Below are positions 1-8,505 of a DNA stretch of 24,000 nucleotides, piece after piece. The notes below the pieces were generated by a model. That model saw nothing but the letters and a program-made list of their open reading frames with translations, did not search any database and was not told where the DNA came from. The number at the start of each line of letters is the position of its first letter. The stretch's first letter is position 1. Source of the DNA: Pseudomonadota bacterium (GTDB lineage Bacteria > Pseudomonadota > Alphaproteobacteria > Rhizobiales > Aestuariivirgaceae); assembly GCA_963205315.1 (NCBI GenBank), contig CAUJIO010000056.1, positions 94,917 to 118,916 of the forward strand, written 5' to 3'. The position numbers and the translations under genes are program-made.

Positions 1-1977
1 GGCTTTCTGATCGGGCAGCACGTCGGCTTCCACTTCGGTGAGCCCCAGTCTCTTGGCAATGGCGTTGGCCGTGGTGCGATTGTCGCCGGTGAGCATAACA
101 ATACGAATGCCAGCATCTTTCAATTCGTTGAGCGCCTGCGGAGTCGAGGCCTTCACCGGATCGGCGATTGCGATAGCACCCGCCGCCCTGCCGTTGACCG
201 CGATGAAGATAGCGGTAGCACCATCCTGCCGCAGCGCCTCGGCGGCAGCGGCCAGGACTGTGGTGTCAATCTTCAACTCACCGAGGAATTTGGCATTGCC
301 CAGTACGATGCGCTTACGGTCGACCATACCGATAGCACCTTTGCCCGTGGGCGAGTCGAAGCCCATGACCTTGGCAAGGGAGATGCCGCGCGACTTGGCC
401 GCCGCCACGATAGCTGCCGCCAACGGATGCTCGCTGGCTTGTTCGACGCTGGCTGCGAGGCGCAACAGCTCGGTTTCCTCAAAACCCTCGGCTGGAACGA
501 TGGCTGTGACCGCTGGTTTGCCCTCGGTCAGCGTGCCTGTCTTGTCGACCACCAGAGTGTCGACCTTCTCAAAGCGTTCCAGGGCCTCTGCGTTCTTGAT
601 GAGAACGCCGGCCTGGGCGCCGCGGCCGACACCCACCATGATCGACATCGGCGTGGCAAGGCCCAGCGCACAGGGACACGCGATGATCAACACCGCCACG
701 GCGGCGACGAGACCATATGCAAAACGCGGCTCCGGCCCCCAGATGGACCAGGCGGCAAAGGCCACAACCGCAATCAGAATGACCAGCGGCACGAACCAGC
801 CGGATACCTGATCGGCTAGTCGTTGAATCGGTGCCCGGCTTCTCTGAGCGTCGGCCACCATCTGGACGATGCGGGAAAGCATCGTGTCGCGGCCGACCTT
901 CTCGGCCTTCATGATGAAACTTCCCGAGGCATTCAAGGTGCCGCCGATGACCCTCGAACCTGGTTCCTTGCTGACCGGCATTGATTCACCGGTCACCATG
1001 GATTCATCAATCGAGACATGGCCTTCGGTGAGTGTGCCATCGACCGGCACTTTCTCGCCGGGGCGAACGCGTAACTGGTCACCCACGGCGATGTGGTCGA
1101 TGGATATTTCCTCGTCATTGCCATCGCCTTTCAGGCGCCGGGCCGTCTTGGGGGCGAGATCGAGCAGGGCCTTGATGGCGCCCGAGGTCTGCTCACGGGC
1201 GCGAAGTTCAAGCACCTGCCCAAGCAGCACCAGGACGGTGATGACCGCAGCCGCCTCGAAATAGACGGCAACCGAGCCGTCATGTTCACGGAATGTGGTG
1301 GGAAAGATATCTGGAGCGAGCGTGGCGACGACGCTATAGATCCAGGCCACGCCCGTACCCATGGCAATCAGCGTGAACATATTGAGGTTGCGGGTAATGA
1401 GAGACTGCCAGCCACGCACAAAGAATGGCCAGCCCGCCCACAGCACGACGGGTGTGGCCAGCACCAATTGAATCCAGTTTGAGGACTGGCGGCTCAGGAT
1501 AATCATCAGGCCGGTCAGATGCCCACCCATCTCCAGCGCAAGAACGGGAAGCGCAATGACGAGACCAATCCAGAAGCGGCGCGTCATGTCGATCAATTCG
1601 GGATTTGGTCCCGTATCCGCGGTCGCCTGCAGAGGTTCGAGCGCCATGCCGCAGATCGGGCATGAACCAGGGCCCACATGGCGGATCTCCGGATGCATGG
1701 GGCAGGTGTAGATGGCATCCTGGGGCTCAGCATCCGCGGCAGCCTTGATCAATTCAGGGTCGAGATATTTCGCTGGACTGGCGATGAACTTGGTGCGGCA
1801 TCCGGCGGAACAAAAATAATAGGGGTGCCCGCCATATTCCGCCTTGAGCATTGTTGTATCCGGGTCAACGGTCATGCCGCAGACAGGATCAACCGTGAGC
1901 AGGGCCGTAACCGGGGCTTGTGCTGACATCGCTGTCATGCCGTGATGGGAATGATCATGGCCGGAGTGCTCAGTCAT
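1..1977 (-). CDS. copA: Copper/heavy-metal translocating P-type ATPase, CopA-like (3' end off the left edge)
   Basis: Reverse-strand translation starts [71 protein letters not shown] (YHS-type domain), then [26 protein letters not shown] (heavy-metal-binding domain), TGES, CPCALG and DKTGTLTE motifs. The frame is open to base 1, which is why the ORF track does not list it. Confidence 0.95.
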   Translation of the reverse strand, partial: MTEHSGHDHSHHGMTAMSAQAPVTALLTVDPVCGMTVDPDTTMLKAEYGGHPYYFCSAGCRTKFIASPAKYLDPELIKAAADAEPQDAIYTCPMHPEIRHVGPGSCPICGMALEPLQATADTGPNPELIDMTRRFWIGLVIALPVLALEMGGHLTGLMIILSRQSSNWIQLVLATPVVLWAGWPFFVRGWQSLITRNLNMFTLIAMGTGVAWIYSVVATLAPDIFPTTFREHDGSVAVYFEAAAVITVLVLLGQVLELRAREQTSGAIKALLDLAPKTARRLKGDGNDEEISIDHIAVGDQLRVRPGEKVPVDGTLTEGHVSIDESMVTGESMPVSKEPGSRVIGGTLNASGSFIMKAEKVGRDTMLSRIVQMVADAQRSRAPIQRLADQVSGWFVPLVILIAVVAFAAWSIWGPEPRFAYGLVAAVAVLIIACPCALGLATPMSIMVGVGRGAQAGVLIKNAEALERFEKVDTLVVDKTGTLTEGKPAVTAIVPAEGFEETELLRLAASVEQASEHPLAAAIVAAAKSRGISLAKVMGFDSPTGKGAIGMVDRKRIVLGNAKFLGELKIDTTVLAAAAEALRQDGATAIFIAVNGRAAGAIAIADPVKASTPQALNELKDAGIRIVMLTGDNRTTANAIAKRLGLTEVEADVLPDQKA

Positions 1978-2161
1978 GGCCATGCCCGCCGCAACAGCCC
2001 TGATCAGCACTTTGGTCCTGCGCGGCGTTATGTCCGCAGCATGCAGTCTCGATCGCTTTCGCGCTAACGGGGTCGAGCGTGAGGTCCGGCTCTACCTGCT
2101 GTCTGGCCTTGGTATTTCCACCGCAACCGCAACCGTGTTCATGTTTGGAATGGTCTGCCAT
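1970..2161 (-). CDS. Small Cys/His-rich putative metal-binding protein upstream of the copper ATPase
   Basis: [63 protein letters not shown]; overlaps the ATPase start by 8 nt and lies just downstream of the CueR-type promoter. Confidence 0.6.
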   Translation of the reverse strand: MADHSKHEHGCGCGGNTKARQQVEPDLTLDPVSAKAIETACCGHNAAQDQSADQGCCGGHGHD

Positions 2162-2200
2162 CGACTTTCTCCTAGACAAGCAATCACTACGATGGCATCT

Positions 2201-2231
2201 CATATAGACCTTCCAACGATGGTAAGGTCAA
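2201..2231 (-). promoter_or_regulatory. CueR/MerR-family operator-promoter (metal-responsive, long spacer)
   Basis: Near-dyad GACCTTCC(N7)GTAAGGTC at 2207-2229. Read on the minus strand: TTGACC (2231-2226), 19-nt spacer, TATATG (2206-2201), immediately upstream of the metal genes and divergent from the CueR-like gene. Confidence 0.7.
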
Positions 2232-2255
2232 GCGTTAATTCTGAGGAGAATCCGG

Positions 2256-2651
2256 ATGCAAATCGGAGAAGCGTCCGCCGCATCGGGCGTATCGGCCAAA
2301 ATGATACGTTATTATGAGGATATAGGCCTCATTCCCTCCGCAACGCGCAAGGACAGCGGATACAGGCTCTATGTTGAACCCGACGTGCACCGGTTGCGAT
2401 TCATACATCGCGCCCGGGAGCTTGGCTTCCCGGTCGAGCGTATCCGTGATCTGCTGCGATTGTGGAATGACCGGAAGCGTCCCAGCCGGGAGGTGAAGAA
2501 ATTGGCCGCTCAATACATTGCCGAACTCGAAGCACAAATCACTCGCATGCAAGGCTTGCGCGATACCCTCAAACATCTGGCCGATGCCTGCGACGGCGAC
2601 AGCCGGCCGCATTGTCCAATTCTTCATGACCTGGCGGGTACCCACAAGTAG
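2256..2651 (+). CDS. cueR: MerR-family transcriptional regulator, CueR-like (Cu(I)-responsive)
   Basis: MQIGEASAASGVSAKMIRYYEDIGLIPSATRKDSGYRLY, FIHRARELGFPVERIRDLLRLW, and the C-terminal metal loop ACDGDSRPHCPIL (C-X7-C). Confidence 0.9.
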   Translation: MQIGEASAASGVSAKMIRYYEDIGLIPSATRKDSGYRLYVEPDVHRLRFIHRARELGFPVERIRDLLRLWNDRKRPSREVKKLAAQYIAELEAQITRMQGLRDTLKHLADACDGDSRPHCPILHDLAGTHK

Positions 2652-2833
2652 TATACTCCAAAATTGCTCCAGCGAAGCTAAGCCCGCTCGATAGCGTATA
2701 AGTTGCTGCCAAATTTCAATTAACCAGTTCAATCTCTTGCGGTTGTTGGACATGAGCTGAGTGAATCTGTGCCTCCGGCGGAAGTTGCGGCCAGGATAGG
2801 GGACCCAGGCCGCAACCGCGACTCCTTGACTAA

Positions 2834-3079
2834 CTACATGTTGCCAAGAAGTTGCAATGCATCCTTCGCCGTAACGACCGCTTCATCGTGTTTGCCGGCG
2901 TCGTGTTCGGCCTGAGCCTGCGTAATGTGATCGTTCACTTTCTTCATCATGGCGTCATCCATGCTCGGCATCGCCTTCATGGCTTCCTGTGCCTTCAGGA
3001 TGAGAGAAGGGCATTCATTTGCCAGCGCGGGGCTGGCGAGGAAGAAGAGCGCGACAGCACCCGAGATCAAGAGTTTCAT
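2834..3079 (-). CDS. Small secreted/periplasmic helical protein (hypothetical)
   Basis: Signal peptide MKLLISGAVALFFLASPALA followed by NECPSLILKAQEAMKAMPSMDDAMMKKVNDHITQAQAEHDAGKHDEAVVTAKDALQLLGNM; internal start chosen at the signal peptide. Confidence 0.65.
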   Translation of the reverse strand: MKLLISGAVALFFLASPALANECPSLILKAQEAMKAMPSMDDAMMKKVNDHITQAQAEHDAGKHDEAVVTAKDALQLLGNM

Positions 3080-3449
3080 GTATTGTACTTCTTTCCTGTT
3101 TGAAGACGGCGCATCCCACCATCTTATTAGTTTTGAAGCACCTCTGAGCCGGGAGGATTTGCGACTGCAGAGTAGCAACGAGGCAATAGCCAAATGTAAT
3201 GGCGAAAATGAGGCGAAAGTATCATAACTAACTGATAATAAACAAGATTTTCAAGAACGCAGGTTCTCGCTCCCACGCTGCGAAGGTGGTTGTTGAATTG
3301 CTGCAGTCCTAAAGTTTCTGATGCACAAGTTCTGCAATTGACCGAGCGCTGAAGGCGCTCTTCAGGACGAATTCATCCACACCTTTCCCCTTCCCTTCAA
3401 AGTTCGTGGCGGAACCGGGCTTATCAGCACGTCTGAGCGGCGACAGAAA

Positions 3450-4157
3450 CTAGAGGAAATCAAAGAGATACCTCCTCTTCTTCTGAAGCTTCTCCTGATT
3501 CTGCGGCTTCTCCTGAACAGACTCGGCGCTTGGTGTTTCGGGTGGTGGCGCGGGTAGGACGACGACTTTCGCACCTATTTTTACACGCTCATAGAGATCG
3601 GCAATATCGGCATTGATCAATCTGACGCATCCAGACGAAACCGCCTTGCCAATCGAGTCAGGTTGGTTGGTTCCGTGAATGCGATAGAGCGTGTCGACCG
3701 AACCCTGGTATAAATAGAGCGCGCGCGCGCCCAACGGGTTGTCGGGTCCTCCAGGCATACTGTCGGCCCATTTCGCTGCGAGAGGATCGCGAGCTACCAT
3801 CTCCTTGGGAGGTGTCCAGCGCGGCCACTTAGCCTTTCGACGAACCGTGGCTTCTCCGTTCCATTCGAAGCCTTCCCGTCCCACACCAATACCGTATCGG
3901 ATCGCTGTCCAACCATTGAGAATGAAGTAGAGGTACTTCGCACCTGGATCGACGACGATGGAGCCAGGGACTTCTGCTGTTGCGTACTTAACCTCGGTTC
4001 GCCTGAATCGGGGTTTGAGTTTCAGCACGTCGCCATAGTCAATCGGAAACTGCTCACCATTTGACGATGCGGTAGACCGGATCCCGGCGGCGGCAGTTGC
4101 TGGCAGTAATGTTGCCGCCAGTTGGCTGGCGGATACAATGAGTAGGCGTCTGTTCAT
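3450..4157 (-). CDS. L,D-transpeptidase (YkuD/ErfK family)
   Basis: Signal sequence, IVVDPGAKYLYFILNGWTAIRYGIGVGREGFEW, PGGPDNPLGARALYLYQG, and catalytic motif YRIHGTNQPDSIGKAVSSGCVRLINADIADLYERV. Confidence 0.9.
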   Translation of the reverse strand: MNRRLLIVSASQLAATLLPATAAAGIRSTASSNGEQFPIDYGDVLKLKPRFRRTEVKYATAEVPGSIVVDPGAKYLYFILNGWTAIRYGIGVGREGFEWNGEATVRRKAKWPRWTPPKEMVARDPLAAKWADSMPGGPDNPLGARALYLYQGSVDTLYRIHGTNQPDSIGKAVSSGCVRLINADIADLYERVKIGAKVVVLPAPPPETPSAESVQEKPQNQEKLQKKRRYLFDFL

Positions 4158-4542
4158 GTCAAATTATCGCTTGTTGCAAGTTGGCTTGGAGTTATGGGTG
4201 CTCTTGGATCCTTTGGGATGCGGGAGTCGCGTGGATGGCGAACGGTCACCCTACCGAGTAAGTGCTCAGCAAGAATCGGGGGATTTCTCCTGTGACAGGG
4301 AGACTGCTGGCGGCAGATCGAGCTGGGGAGAGGGGGGCATTGAATCGTCACAGATCTATATGCCGACGTGAATTGAGCTACCGCGCAGACACAGTGCGCG
4401 ATACGGAGCCCGTTTCCCGCGATTGGTACAGTCTCGCGAGCGGAGCGTAAGCCGCCGCCTGAAGCCAAAGAAAACATGAATGACCCGAATGTGAATACCG
4501 CACGGCATTATCTGGCGTGCGGTTCCTCAACGGTCTCGCACG

Positions 4543-4971
4543 TCAGTCGATTTCACTCCTGGTGCGTGGGGGCCGCCGCAGCGGATCGTATCCAGTTGGA
4601 ACAGGTTCTCTCAAAGACACGTTCCAATTCGCTTGTGGATCTTTGCGCATTGCTGGTAAAAAAAGATCCACGAGCATAGCCGAAGGGCTGCAAATTGCAG
4701 AACAGCATGCTGAATCCGACATCTTCTTTGATTGCGACTGGGAAATGTAGGACGTTATGCTCGATTTGATTTTTTGGTCGGCACTTTTTTGAAATGCAGT
4801 GTCTCTCAATCGTAATCTGTCAGCCTGGCTGGACTCTACCCGACAGTCGAATCGGTCTCCTATCTGCGTCGCATGCGCTGTGGAGGAAGAAAATCCAACG
4901 CCGCCTGCGATGGATATCGCCAGCACGACCGCAAGCAGCCTCCGAAATATATTGCCAATCCAACAGTGCAT
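4543..4971 (-). CDS. Hypothetical secreted protein, resembling small proteins seen in copper loci
   Basis: N-terminal hydrophobic signal segment MHCWIGNIFRRLLAVVLAISIAGGVGFSSSTAHA, a CCSAICSPSA motif and C-terminal REPVPTGYDPLRRPPR. Confidence 0.45.
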   Translation of the reverse strand: MHCWIGNIFRRLLAVVLAISIAGGVGFSSSTAHATQIGDRFDCRVESSQADRLRLRDTAFQKSADQKIKSSITSYISQSQSKKMSDSACCSAICSPSAMLVDLFLPAMRKDPQANWNVSLREPVPTGYDPLRRPPRTRSEID

Positions 4972-5330
4972 TATGGCTGCGTGCCCAAGAGTTGTGGCAG
5001 AATTCGGGCGGGCGGCGGTGGGGTGCTACACTTGGAGTGAGGCGCTTCCCCTTGTTCTCGCCAAGGGACCCAACTCGTTTTTGCACAAGCCCCATGCCAT
5101 CGGGCAGCCTAGAACATTCAAACGCGGAATCGACACGAAATCAGCGGCCAATTCGGCCCAGCGAATAAGCTTCGCAATAAGACAAGTCGGTCGAACCCAG
5201 CGTTTAATGACCATAAGGACAGCTGTATGAATTATTAACCGTGATAGCATCGAATGGTCTTCCGTTGGCCACTTTGGTGTGCGCAGCGTGCTTTGCGCTG
5301 GCAGGCCTAGTCAAAATGCGGGGATATAAG

Positions 5331-6035
5331 ATGGAGATACAATCTAAACCGAAGTTGGAAATCATGCCAGGTGTGCAATTTGGACGCGTGGACGACGTTT
5401 TCAGTCCAGCGTTCTGGGGTGAAATGGCCAAAGCAGCGCAACATGGCGCCTTCGGTGGCATCCAACTCGGCTCTGACCTATGCGAAGAGATTGCTGCATG
5501 CCTACTAGGGGGCTATGGGATGCCGGCAGAGATGGGCCTTGCCGCGTTCAACAGGCTCAAAGAGCGTGCATTGTTGTATTCAGGCGTTATGGCAATAACT
5601 TTGGAGACCGCGCTTTCCGAACCCTTCAATGGCCGAAAGTACCGGTTTCCTCGACAGAAAGCGCGCTTTCTTGCCGCTTCGCTCGACCGCTTGCCGCGAC
5701 TGCAGGAAAGTCAATGCGATTTAACGTTTCGGGATGACCTGGCAACACTTCCTGGGGTGGGCCTAAAAACTGCATCATGGGTCGTTAGAAACCGACGCTA
5801 CTCCGATCATGTCGCAGTTCTTGACGTCCATATAATTCGGGCCGGACGATACATTGGACTGTTCACGCCAAGTATGGATCCGAGCAGACATTATAGAATT
5901 ATGGAAGATCGGTTCATTTCTCTCGCACGGGCACTAGGTGTGCGCGCAGCTGATTTAGACTCGGCGATGTGGCAAGTGATGCGGTCGATCGGATATTTGC
6001 TTCCGGGCACTCCCTATCGAAAACATCTGGTCTGA
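5331..6035 (+). CDS. HhH-GPD DNA N-glycosylase/lyase, OGG (8-oxoguanine DNA glycosylase)-like
   Basis: DDLATLPGVGLKTASWVVRN (helix-hairpin-helix with candidate catalytic Lys) and HVAVLDVHIIRAGRYIGLF (catalytic Asp region), plus the N-terminal LGSDLCEEIAACLLGGYGMPAEMGLAAFNRLKERALL segment. The ORF extends upstream to 5241; ATG 5331 (MEIQSKP) is the preferred start but not proven. Confidence 0.75.
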   Translation: MEIQSKPKLEIMPGVQFGRVDDVFSPAFWGEMAKAAQHGAFGGIQLGSDLCEEIAACLLGGYGMPAEMGLAAFNRLKERALLYSGVMAITLETALSEPFNGRKYRFPRQKARFLAASLDRLPRLQESQCDLTFRDDLATLPGVGLKTASWVVRNRRYSDHVAVLDVHIIRAGRYIGLFTPSMDPSRHYRIMEDRFISLARALGVRAADLDSAMWQVMRSIGYLLPGTPYRKHLV

Positions 6036-6060
6036 GTAACCGGCTTCACTGCGTTAGACC

Positions 6061-6735
6061 CTAGGAATATTTCCCAATCGCGATGAGGCCACACGCCATT
6101 GTTCTCTGGGCATCGAGGCCAAGCGCCGGCAATAGTTGCTTTCCATGAGGCCCTAAGGGGCACGCAGCAAGTCCCAGAGCATAAGCTGCCATCGCAGTGA
6201 CCTGAAGGAGTGCGCCGCTGTCTCGCCAAATCAAACTTTCGCAAAATTCATAAGCTGCGTGATACTTCGACACGTCAGCAAGAAGGCAAACAATCATTGC
6301 TTCCGCATCTGGGAGACATTCTCTGGTCACGCTCCGGAGTGCAACCACCTGCTTGGGATCGGCCAAGACCAATTCTTCTAATCTACCGCTTCTGCGAACA
6401 AATCGGAACAGCCGCGCACAACCGGTTGGAGGCCCAAAAACGATATCGATGCCGTGCAAGCCACCAGCTGAAATGGAAGGTGCGTTGTGTCGATCAATGG
6501 CCTGGAAAATCCACTCACTGTGCAACTGCGAAGATAGCTGCAATAATTCAAGTACCTGTCCCACGGATGGACGGGTCATCCACCTCTGACTTCTTCGACT
6601 GCTGCTCACATCGGAGAATCGCGCCGATGGCGCGGGCACGGGCGGTCGCAACGCGATATTCCGTCGAACAGGCCAATCAATAGACTTCCACGAAAGAGCC
6701 TCACCCCGTGGCCGTGGATCATTAATAAGCGCCAT
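6061..6735 (-). CDS. Nitroreductase-like (FMN-dependent/SagB-like fold) protein, divergent
   Basis: N-terminal SARFSDVSSSRRSQRWMTRPSVGQVLELLQLSSQ resembles the RRSxR segment of nitroreductases. The C-terminal YEFCESLIWRDSGALLQVTAMAAYALGLAACPLGPHGKQLLPALGLD resembles the G(H/A)xxQNxxLAAxALGLxxC motif. Overlaps the QueC-like gene. Confidence 0.5.
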   Translation of the reverse strand: MALINDPRPRGEALSWKSIDWPVRRNIALRPPVPAPSARFSDVSSSRRSQRWMTRPSVGQVLELLQLSSQLHSEWIFQAIDRHNAPSISAGGLHGIDIVFGPPTGCARLFRFVRRSGRLEELVLADPKQVVALRSVTRECLPDAEAMIVCLLADVSKYHAAYEFCESLIWRDSGALLQVTAMAAYALGLAACPLGPHGKQLLPALGLDAQRTMACGLIAIGKYS

Positions 6736-7318
6736 AGCCAAGCGCTTGCATCGTATCGTAGTGCTTAAGACACCCTCTGCATACTCCACAGGCCTCATTG
6801 GCGCGATGACATGAATGCGCCCACGCGAGCACCTCGAACGGGATGCCAGACAGCTTTGTTAGCTCGGTAGCCGTTAAGTGAATTGCGGGCGCTTCCACAG
6901 ACATTCCGCCTTCTTGAATTGAAAACACGCTATTCATTGCCCTAATGAATTCGGGTTTTCCGTCGGCATGTTGATCGTCCGTAGAAAGGCAGCCGATCAG
7001 CAATCGTCTTGCATCTAGAGAGACCGCCTTCATCGCTGCCGCAGTCAAGAGCATCTGATTCCGAAACGGCCACCACTCTGGGATAGGCGCCAAAGCCAAC
7101 GGGGGCTCACCCGCCATGTCACCGGATCCGATTGAAGATAGATCAAAGCGAACAACCTCGTGCTGAATGCCTAAGGCTGTTGCGACAGCGCTCGCTGATC
7201 GTAGTTCCGCTTCTGCTGGCTTCTGGCCGTAGTCAATTGTGATTGCTATGTCGGGCTTCTGCCACCAAGCAATTGCGACCGAGTCCATTCCCCCCGAAAG
7301 TAGCAATGCAGTCCTCAT
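6722..7318 (-). CDS. QueC-like (7-cyano-7-deazaguanine synthase superfamily) PP-loop enzyme
   Basis: MRTALLLSGGMDSVAIAWWQKPDIAITIDYGQKPAEAEL (SGGMDS PP-loop), PEWWPFRNQMLLTAAAMKAV, and C-terminal Zn-type Cys cluster CHRANEACGVCRGC. Confidence 0.88.
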   Translation of the reverse strand: MRTALLLSGGMDSVAIAWWQKPDIAITIDYGQKPAEAELRSASAVATALGIQHEVVRFDLSSIGSGDMAGEPPLALAPIPEWWPFRNQMLLTAAAMKAVSLDARRLLIGCLSTDDQHADGKPEFIRAMNSVFSIQEGGMSVEAPAIHLTATELTKLSGIPFEVLAWAHSCHRANEACGVCRGCLKHYDTMQALGYGAY

Positions 7319-8505
7319 GTCCGTTGCGCGACCTTCAGAATTAACGAAGCGAAATCGTCGCTTATGGTGCAGTGAGAGCCCTCCATCATTTTCAGATCTT
7401 CTTCCGGTACAGATTGTGCCAATCCGAATACCGGTTTGCCGAGTGCGCGCGCGTATCCAATTTCAAACACCGTGCCGCTGTCTAATCCATCGATGATGGC
7501 AAACATCGCGTCGCATTCGTGAATTGCTGCGATGTCTTGTGGTGCGACTTCGTGCGCGCTTCCGCGGCCAACATCATGAACCGGAGAGAAAACGTTCAAA
7601 TCCAATTCGATTAGGATACGTCGAGCCTCATCTACCAGCCATCTTTGTCCTATCGAGAAAAATGGACCTGCCAAGTATACCTTGCCGGATGCCTTCTGGA
7701 CTTCCTTGCGTCCTCGATCGTCGAGTTCGACTGGAAGGATCGAGCTTTCGATGAAATTTGCTGTGGCCTTCGAAGCTGCCAGTGTGGCATCGACCGGGGA
7801 TAGTCCGTCGTACATCCAACCCTTAGCGAAAACTGCAACAAACACGTCACCAGAACCAATTGTCTGTGCGGTCTCGACTGAGAAAGCGGGCACTCGGACA
7901 GTACCGGAGATTGACGAGACAATGGCGCCATCGAGTCCACATTTGACCACAACAACTTCGGCCTGCTCATCCTCCCGTAGCTTCGCTGCGGCAGATGAAA
8001 TATCTATCAAATTCGTTAGCGCCTTAACTTCTCCGGAGTTGGCGACTATCGCCAGCCTATTTGCTCGACTTCCATTGGCGCGAAATCCGACGGGCACATA
8101 AGCGGACTGTGGATCGTATACGCACATGTCAGCATCAACGACGGCATCGCCTTCCAGCATTCCGAAGCGGACCACTCTATCTTCCTTGATTTGTAGGGGC
8201 GGCATCCGCTGAATGTTAACTAGATTGGGTGTTATTGTTGGCACGGCAAGGCAGTGAACATAGTCGAAAACCGGATCGGTCGTCCGCTCATGCTTCTCCA
8301 TGAAAAAATCGAAGCCGCCAAGAATTAAGTCAATGTTGTCGTGAAGGTCTGGCCCAACATAAGTATGCAAGACACGCTGGATACCAGTCCCTTGCAACGC
8401 CGCAGCTGCACGCCCAGCGGAGCCGAATACTTGATCGGTCTCTGGCATTGGCCATCTACACCGCTCGCGGTACACGCCGCCGACAATGTGCAATGGTATT
8501 GTCAT
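7315..8505 (-). CDS. Fusion protein: PfkB/ribokinase-like carbohydrate/nucleoside kinase domain plus C-terminal nucleoside 2-deoxyribosyltransferase-like domain
   Basis: PfkB part: FGSAGRAAAALQGTG, VVVVKCGLDGAIV, TIGSGDVFVAVFAKGWM. NDT part: KVYLAGPFFSIGQRWLVDEARRIL, HECDAMFAIIDGLDSGTVFEIGYARALGKPVFGL. The start at 8505 (MTIPLHIVGG) gives an ATGA overlap with the upstream gene. Confidence 0.82.
   Translation of the reverse strand: MTIPLHIVGGVYRERCRWPMPETDQVFGSAGRAAAALQGTGIQRVLHTYVGPDLHDNIDLILGGFDFFMEKHERTTDPVFDYVHCLAVPTITPNLVNIQRMPPLQIKEDRVVRFGMLEGDAVVDADMCVYDPQSAYVPVGFRANGSRANRLAIVANSGEVKALTNLIDISSAAAKLREDEQAEVVVVKCGLDGAIVSSISGTVRVPAFSVETAQTIGSGDVFVAVFAKGWMYDGLSPVDATLAASKATANFIESSILPVELDDRGRKEVQKASGKVYLAGPFFSIGQRWLVDEARRILIELDLNVFSPVHDVGRGSAHEVAPQDIAAIHECDAMFAIIDGLDSGTVFEIGYARALGKPVFGLAQSVPEEDLKMMEGSHCTISDDFASLILKVAQRT

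Noticed and set aside
38-811. 257-aa plus-strand ORF in the ORF track
   Set aside because: Antisense shadow of the copper P-type ATPase, whose minus-strand frame contains CPCALG and DKTGT motifs; low-complexity Ser/Ala/Arg translation.
2235-2753. 172-aa minus-strand ORF
   Set aside because: Mostly antisense to the convincing CueR-like gene; no recognisable domain.
4799-5230. 143-aa plus-strand ORF and overlapping 4794-5168 and 4820-5095 ORFs
   Set aside because: Several mutually overlapping frames with no domain or consistent composition; probably non-coding.
7682-8101. 139-aa plus-strand ORF
   Set aside because: Antisense to the PfkB-NDT fusion; Ser/Thr/Pro-rich shadow translation.
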